A stretch of 64,000 nucleotides of DNA, taken from NCBI GenBank assembly GCA_963696095.1, contig CAVOIN010000002.1:403939-467938 (forward strand), given 5' to 3'. This DNA is from Candidatus Eremiobacteria bacterium (lineage in GTDB: Bacteria > Vulcanimicrobiota > Vulcanimicrobiia > Vulcanimicrobiales > Vulcanimicrobiaceae). The translations under genes and the position numbers were made by a program. The notes under the pieces were generated by a model. It had not been told where the DNA came from. It made no database searches and saw only the letters and a program-made list of their open reading frames with translations. This document shows, piece by piece, positions 54,023 through 64,000 of the stretch. Numbering within the stretch: the stretch's first letter is position 1; each line of letters begins with the position of its first letter.

Positions 54023-54813
54023 CTAGAACTCGCTGGGATCCTCGCGACGCAGGCCGAGGCCGACGACCAGCCCGATAACGGCGCCCGTCACCCCGCAAGC
54101 CAGCTCGCCTCGGGTCGCGCATAGGGGATCGCGAGCAGCAGCGCGGCGATCGCCGCCGCGCCCAGCAGGTCGCCCTCGTAGTAGGAGCGCCTGCGGGCCG
54201 CCACGAGGTCCGGTGCGGCCCACGCGGTCAGCAGGGCCAGCGCGCCGGCGTTGCCGCCGCTGACGATCGGGAACGGGTAGACCGCGGTCGCGACCAGCGC
54301 GCCCACGGAGCCGGCGCCGATGAACAGGGCGAGCACCACGAACGGTCCGTGCCGGCGCTCCAGCAACCACCCGAAGATCGCGATCGTCGCGAGCGTCAGG
54401 AACGCGTACAGGCCGTTCGCGTAGACGAACTGGCTCGTGAAGAGCTTCCACCAGTCGCCGTGCAGCGGGCCGATGATCGCCATTTCGACATACGCGCGAG
54501 GTTCGGCGTGCCAGACGATCCATCCGGCGGAACCGGCGACCACGAGTGCGATCGTCGCCTTGGGACGCCCGTAGCCCCAGCGGTCGCCCGAGCTCGCAGC
54601 CCGCCGCCGGCGCACCGCGAGCGGGCTCGCCTTCAGCCGGCCGAAGAGTGGCCGGCGTGCAGGGCGCGGGGGTCGCCCGCCGCTGCGCGCGCGCGGCAGC
54701 TTGGGGGCGCGCCGGCGTAGACGGTTGCCGCAGTACGGGCACTCGGTGATGTACGGGCTGACCTCGGATCCGCATTGCTTGCAGACCACGAAGAGATCGG
54801 CGCCGGAGGACAT
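54023..54813 (-). pseudogene. rhomboid-family membrane protein with N-terminal zinc ribbon, frameshift near 54.10 kb
   Basis: CKQCGSEVSPYITECPYCG. Rhomboid-like core DWWKLFTSQFVYANGLYAFLTL...IVSGGNAGALALL. The last helix continues in another frame (..GVTGAVIGLVVGLGL). Confidence 0.6.
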
Positions 54814-54873
54814 GTCGATCCATTCTAAGGACCTCTCGACCGCGCCTCGCACGCCTCTGGAATACTCACGGCC

Positions 54874-55797
54874 ATGACTCTCGGCTACGACCAGAAGCTC
54901 TACATACTCGCGTTCGACCACCGCGGCTCCTTCCAGAAGAAGTTCTTCGGCATCGAGGGCGAGCCCGACCCGGAGCAGACGGCGATCATCGCCGACGCAA
55001 AGCACCTCATCTTCGAGGGTCTGCTGCAGGCCGTGGGGGCCGGAGCGGACCCGTCGGTGACCGGGGTGCTGGTCGACGAGCAGTTCGGATCGACGGTGCC
55101 GGGCGAGGCGCGTGAGCGGGGCCTGAAGCTGGCGATGCCGGTCGAGCGCTCGGGCCAGCCGGTCTTCGACTTCCAGTACGGCGAGGACTTCGGCGAGCAC
55201 ATCGAACGCTTCGCCCCGGACTTCTCGAAGGTTCTCGTCCGCTACAACCCCGACGGCAACAGCACCGAGAACCAGGAGCAGCTGCACAAGCTCAAGCGCC
55301 TCAGCGACTGGCTCCTGGGGCACGATCCGAAGTTCCTCTTCGAGCTACTGGTCCCGGCCGAGGACTTCCAGCTGGAGTCGGTCGGAGGCGATGTCGAGCG
55401 CTACGACGTGGAGCTGCGCCCGGAGCTGATGCGCAGGGCTATCGCCGAGATCCAGGATGCCGGCATCGAGGTCGATGTCTGGAAGATCGAGGGCGTCGAC
55501 AGGCGCTCGGACTGCGAGATGCTCGTCGCACAGGCGCGTTCAGGCGGCCGCGACAACGTCGCCTGCGTGGTGCTCGGCCGGGGTGCCGACGACGCCAAGG
55601 TCGACCACTGGCTCACCCAGGCCGCCCCCGTGGACGGCTTCATCGGCTTCGCGATCGGCCGCTCGATCTGGTGGGACCCTCTGAAGGCCTACGTCGACGG
55701 CAAGATCGAGCGGGCAGCCGGTGCGCGGAAGATCGCTGAGAAGTTCCTGCACTTCGTCTCCGTCTACGAGCGGGCAAAGGCGCCCGTCGCCTCCTAG
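54874..55797 (+). CDS. DUF2090 / 5-dehydro-2-deoxyphosphogluconate aldolase-like domain protein
   Basis: 307 aa. KLYILAFDHRGSF...VLVRYNPDG...VDVWKIEG. Confidence 0.55.
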   Translation: MTLGYDQKLYILAFDHRGSFQKKFFGIEGEPDPEQTAIIADAKHLIFEGLLQAVGAGADPSVTGVLVDEQFGSTVPGEARERGLKLAMPVERSGQPVFDFQYGEDFGEHIERFAPDFSKVLVRYNPDGNSTENQEQLHKLKRLSDWLLGHDPKFLFELLVPAEDFQLESVGGDVERYDVELRPELMRRAIAEIQDAGIEVDVWKIEGVDRRSDCEMLVAQARSGGRDNVACVVLGRGADDAKVDHWLTQAAPVDGFIGFAIGRSIWWDPLKAYVDGKIERAAGARKIAEKFLHFVSVYERAKAPVAS

Positions 55798-55817
55798 CGG
55801 ACGAGGCGTGAGCGCCG

Positions 55818-56056
55818 ATGAAGATGCGTCAGAGCCTGGCCGACTGGGAGCAGGCCTTCGCGAAGGAGGCCTCGCTCGACCGGCGCCGCCGCGCGTCGCT
55901 GAGGCGCACGACCGAGCAGCGGGCGCTCAAGCGCGAGGTCGAGCGACGGCACAAGCGCGGCTCGGTTCGCTTCGTGCTGCTGGTGCTCACGCTGATCCTG
56001 ACCGCGGCGATCGTGACGTCGCCATGTTCCGCACGCTCTACCTGCTGCTCGGCTGA
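55818..56056 (+). pseudogene. small basic membrane-anchored protein, frameshift near 56.01 kb
   Basis: MKMRQSLADWEQAF...RFVLLVLTLILTAAIVT continues in another frame as ..VAMFRTLYLLLG*. Confidence 0.35.
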
Positions 56057-56335
56057 GCGCGCCTCGCGCCAGCTCGCGCGCGCTCGCCGCGGCGACTCGC
56101 GAGCCGCCGAGCTTTTCGAGCGACTCGCGCACGTCGGGCCGTGACCGTCGCCGTCGACCTCGATCGTGCCGTCTTCGCGATGGATCTCGAGGTAGATCTC
56201 CTTGCGAAAGACGGGGATGCGCTGAGGAGCCTGAATGCCGATGCGCACCTTCTCGCCCATGACGGACAGGACGGACACCTCAATATCGTCGCCAATCATG
56301 ATGCTCTGGTTGGACTTGCGAGTCAGAACCAGCAT
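55829..56335 (-). CDS. csrA: carbon storage regulator CsrA (conserved domain 56140-56335; 3' end unresolved)
   Basis: ATG 56333-56335 follows GGAAGG. MLVLTRKSNQSIMIGDDIEVSVLSVMGEKVRIGIQAPQRIPVFRKEIYLEIHRE closely matches E. coli and B. subtilis CsrA from memory. The frame stays open for 168 codons through an Arg-rich tail antisense to 55818-56056. Confidence 0.75.
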   Translation of the reverse strand: MLVLTRKSNQSIMIGDDIEVSVLSVMGEKVRIGIQAPQRIPVFRKEIYLEIHREDGTIEVDGDGHGPTCASRSKSSAARESPRRARASWREARSAEQQVERAEHGDVTIAAVRISVSTSSTKRTEPRLCRRSTSRLSARCSVVRLSDARRRRSSEASFAKACSQSARL

Positions 56336-56542
56336 TTCGGTGCACCTTCCTTTTGCCGACAAGGCGACCGGCGCAGCTCCCCATACCGCCGGTCCAGCAA
56401 GCATAGTCCCACGACCGGGGGAACGCGGTCCTGATTCTTCCAATCCCGCAACGAGCGGAAGACGTCGAGTGACGAGCGTCGCTGCTCGCTGCCGACAGTC
56501 GGCGCGGCGGGCGCCGCTTTGCGCTAGTCTCCCGGACCGTCC

Positions 56543-57099
56543 ATGCCTCGCAAATCCCTGCGCCCGCACCTGAATCAGATCCGCTCCTGGGTGCGACAGG
56601 GCCGCACCGACGCCTGGATCGCGCACCAGCTGGAGGTGTCCGTCCGCGACATCGAGCAGTTCAAGCGCATGAACGAGCTCGTCGGCGACGACGCCGCGGC
56701 CACCGAGGGCTCCGCCTCGCCCGAGTATCCGGAGGAGATCGACCTGCGAGCCGAGGACGACGCGCTGATCGCCGCCGAGCTCGAAGCGGCCGAAATCGCA
56801 GCCGAGCGAGCGCGCGCCGAAGCCGAGGAGAACGGGGAAGAGGTCGACGAGGAGCCGAGCCGTCTCCCGAGGGCGCCGCCGCAGCCGTCGTGGCGGGCGC
56901 GGGCGCCGTGGCGCAGCGCGCGGCGCCGAGCCGATCGAGGGCACCTTCGATCACGGCGAGGAGGGCTACGGCCTGTGGCTCGACCCGGCGATCCAGGACA
57001 ACCCCATCTACGCCGAGCACTGGGCCGGCCACCGGCCCGATCGAGGTGGCCGTCGAAGAGGACCGGATCGTGATCCGGCGCATCGGCGACGACGACTGA
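56543..57099 (+). pseudogene. hypothetical protein with N-terminal HTH-like segment, frameshifted
   Basis: MPRKSLRPHLNQIRSWVRQGRTDAWIAHQLEVSVRDIEQFKR..., an acidic linker, then the C-terminus in another frame (..IEVAVEEDRIVIRRIGDDD*). Confidence 0.4.
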
Positions 57100-57144
57100 G
57101 CGCCGCGATCGCGCCCAGCGAGCTGCCGCTGCGCGCGCGGCCGT

Positions 57145-57471
57145 TCAGGCCTCGGAGAGCGCCCGCCGTCCGCCGGCATAGTCGGAGGCCTCGCGCAGGT
57201 ATCGCGCGAACGCGGCGTCGACCACGACGCCGGCCTCCCATGCCCACGGATCCTCCGGCGCCGTCCTCATCGCCAGCTGCAGGCACCAGCCGGAGCCGCT
57301 GTCGTAGAGCTCGGCGAGCTCCTGAGAGGAGAAGCGACCGCCGAGCCGCCGGCGCAGCTCGCTGACGAGGGCATCGACGACGCGCTCGAGGACGGCGCGG
57401 CGCTCCGGGGGGGCGTCCTTCAGCCGGCGCTCACCCTGCCTCCACTGGTAGATGGCGTTCTCGAAGGACAT
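57145..57471 (-). CDS. hypothetical protein
   Basis: Intact 108-aa ORF. No family recognised. Confidence 0.4.
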   Translation of the reverse strand: MSFENAIYQWRQGERRLKDAPPERRAVLERVVDALVSELRRRLGGRFSSQELAELYDSGSGWCLQLAMRTAPEDPWAWEAGVVVDAAFARYLREASDYAGGRRALSEA

Positions 57472-57485
57472 CGCAGCCGAGGCTA

Positions 57486-59348
<1,863 letters not shown>

Positions 59349-59406
59349 TCAGCCGGGCGTGACTCGCTTCTGGTGGGCACGTGAAGCGTGCGTACCGCGC
59401 GCTCGA

Positions 59407-60543
59407 CTACGGCGCCGGGGTGGTCGTCGTGCCCGTCTTCGGTTCCTTGAACTGCTGGCAGTCTTTGACGACGTACCCCGAGCGGCATTCCGTCATGGCC
59501 TTCCACTTGTTCCGGAAGTCTTTGACGAATTTCGTCAGCGCCGTCTGCGACTGGGTCGAGGTCAGCTGAGATTTGATCGCCGCTTCCGCCTGGGCGAGTG
59601 ACTGCTGCGTACCCGGCGTCGAGCTCTTGACGCGGTAGACGTAGTAGCCGAAGGCCGTCTTGAGAGGGCCGCCCAGCGCGTTCGCCTTCGCGGAGAAGAT
59701 CGCAGCATCGAGCGATTTCTCCTGCTGGCCTTTGACTACTTCGGTCAGCAGGCCACCGTTGGCCTTGCTCGTCGGGTCGATCGACACCTGCTTCGCAACG
59801 CTCGCGAAGCTCTTGCCCGATTCGACTTCCTGCTTGGCTTTGTTCGCGGCCGCTTCGGTCTTGGCGAGGATGATTTCGACGTTCCGCTTTTCAGGCGTGC
59901 CGTAGCGCTGCTTGTTTTCGTTGTAGAACTTTTCGACGTCGGCTTTCGTCACGGTGTGTTTCTGCTTGGCGATCTTTTCCTGGATCTTCGCGGAGAGCAG
60001 GTTGAGCTTCACCCTCAGCAGCAGATCCGACGTCGACTGACCCGTGGAGGCGAGGAATTTTTCGAATTCGGCGGCCCGCGGGAACTGCTGAGTCTTGATT
60101 TTCTGGAACTGCTTGTGAACTTCGGCGTCGGACACTTTGACCCCGAGATGGGCCGCTTCACCGACCACCCAGTCGGATGAGATCAGGAAGCCCAGAACCT
60201 GCTGCTGGAGCTGTTTGTACTGCTGTTCGCACTGCGACTTCAGCTGTGCCGTGGTGGGAGCGGTCTGACCTTTGGCGGGCGCTGGTGTGGTCGCCTGAAG
60301 GTGTGCGATGCAGGCCTTGTAGGTGGGGGGTTCCGGGACCACCGGTTTCGACGCCGCGCTTCCCGCCGCGGGCGAGCTGGCCGTGGCGGCGATGGCCATC
60401 CAGTGGTTGAAAGCGTCTTTGGAGACGGGCGTGCCGTTGACTTGCACCACGGCGTTGCCGGGAATTCCACCGCACGCCGAGAGGCCTGCCAGGGCAAATA
60501 AAACGGCGCCTAGCGCCGGGATGAAACGGAGGGTCCTGTACAT
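59407..60543 (-). CDS. peptidylprolyl isomerase lipoprotein (SurA/PrsA-like, parvulin domain)
   Basis: ATG 60541-60543. Lipobox LSAC. SurA-N-like helical region plus parvulin segment GGLLTEVVKGQ...GPLKTAFGYYVYRVK. Confidence 0.65.
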   Translation of the reverse strand: MYRTLRFIPALGAVLFALAGLSACGGIPGNAVVQVNGTPVSKDAFNHWMAIAATASSPAAGSAASKPVVPEPPTYKACIAHLQATTPAPAKGQTAPTTAQLKSQCEQQYKQLQQQVLGFLISSDWVVGEAAHLGVKVSDAEVHKQFQKIKTQQFPRAAEFEKFLASTGQSTSDLLLRVKLNLLSAKIQEKIAKQKHTVTKADVEKFYNENKQRYGTPEKRNVEIILAKTEAAANKAKQEVESGKSFASVAKQVSIDPTSKANGGLLTEVVKGQQEKSLDAAIFSAKANALGGPLKTAFGYYVYRVKSSTPGTQQSLAQAEAAIKSQLTSTQSQTALTKFVKDFRNKWKAMTECRSGYVVKDCQQFKEPKTGTTTTPAP

Positions 60544-60593
60544 CGACGGCGGTACTCTAGCGGAAACTCGAGCAGGGATGCGCCGGTTGCCGC

Positions 60594-64000
<3,407 letters not shown>

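Overview
The window consists of two unrelated pieces joined at about 38.56-38.61 kb.

Part 1 (1-38.56 kb, moderate GC):
- Two-domain cupredoxin lipoprotein and a His-rich protein.
- A tRNA-Leu(UAA) gene interrupted by a 247-nt group I intron.
- A housekeeping block, all on the minus strand: ppx/gppA-like, S1-domain yabR-like, divIC/ftsB-like, accA, accD.
- A roughly 30-kb envelope or exopolysaccharide locus: initiating phosphotransferase, Wzz/BY-kinase, Wzy-like polymerase, five GT4 and two GT2 enzymes, two GT-C enzymes, WbpA/B/E/D-like sugar-modification genes, a deacetylase, an Amj-like flippase candidate, three secreted polysaccharide-lyase-like paralogs, a 992-aa LamG-LamG-beta-propeller protein, and two atypical NarL-type regulators.
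- It ends in a 5'-truncated rsmE.

Part 2 (38.6-64 kb, very high GC, actinobacterial-looking by inference only):
- Ordinary core and accessory metabolism: four cupins, MarR, RidA, FAH, SnoaL-like, STAS and DUF2294 proteins.
- MTHFR-like protein, SDR, a second ppx, a ThDP enzyme, initiator tRNA-Met and an uninterrupted tRNA-Leu(UAA).
- An ECF sigma factor fused to a zinc anti-sigma-like extension, AsnC-type small protein, rhomboid-like protein, DUF2090 aldolase-like protein, CsrA, ftsB, eno, a parvulin PPIase and 5'-partial mfd.

Sequence quality: many GC-rich housekeeping genes (4.3-14.4 kb, 47.6-49.3 kb, 54-58.2 kb) are broken by multiple frameshifts, while the lower-GC polysaccharide locus is intact. 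Together with the truncated rsmE and the duplicated single-copy functions, this points to indel errors and a chimeric or concatenated contig rather than real biology.

No CRISPR array, transposase, integrase, prophage or recognisable defence system was seen.

Most interesting items: the intron-containing tRNA-Leu(UAA), and the unusual parts list of the polysaccharide locus (no Wzx or OPX; an Amj-like protein, GT-C enzymes and a lyase-like paralog family instead).
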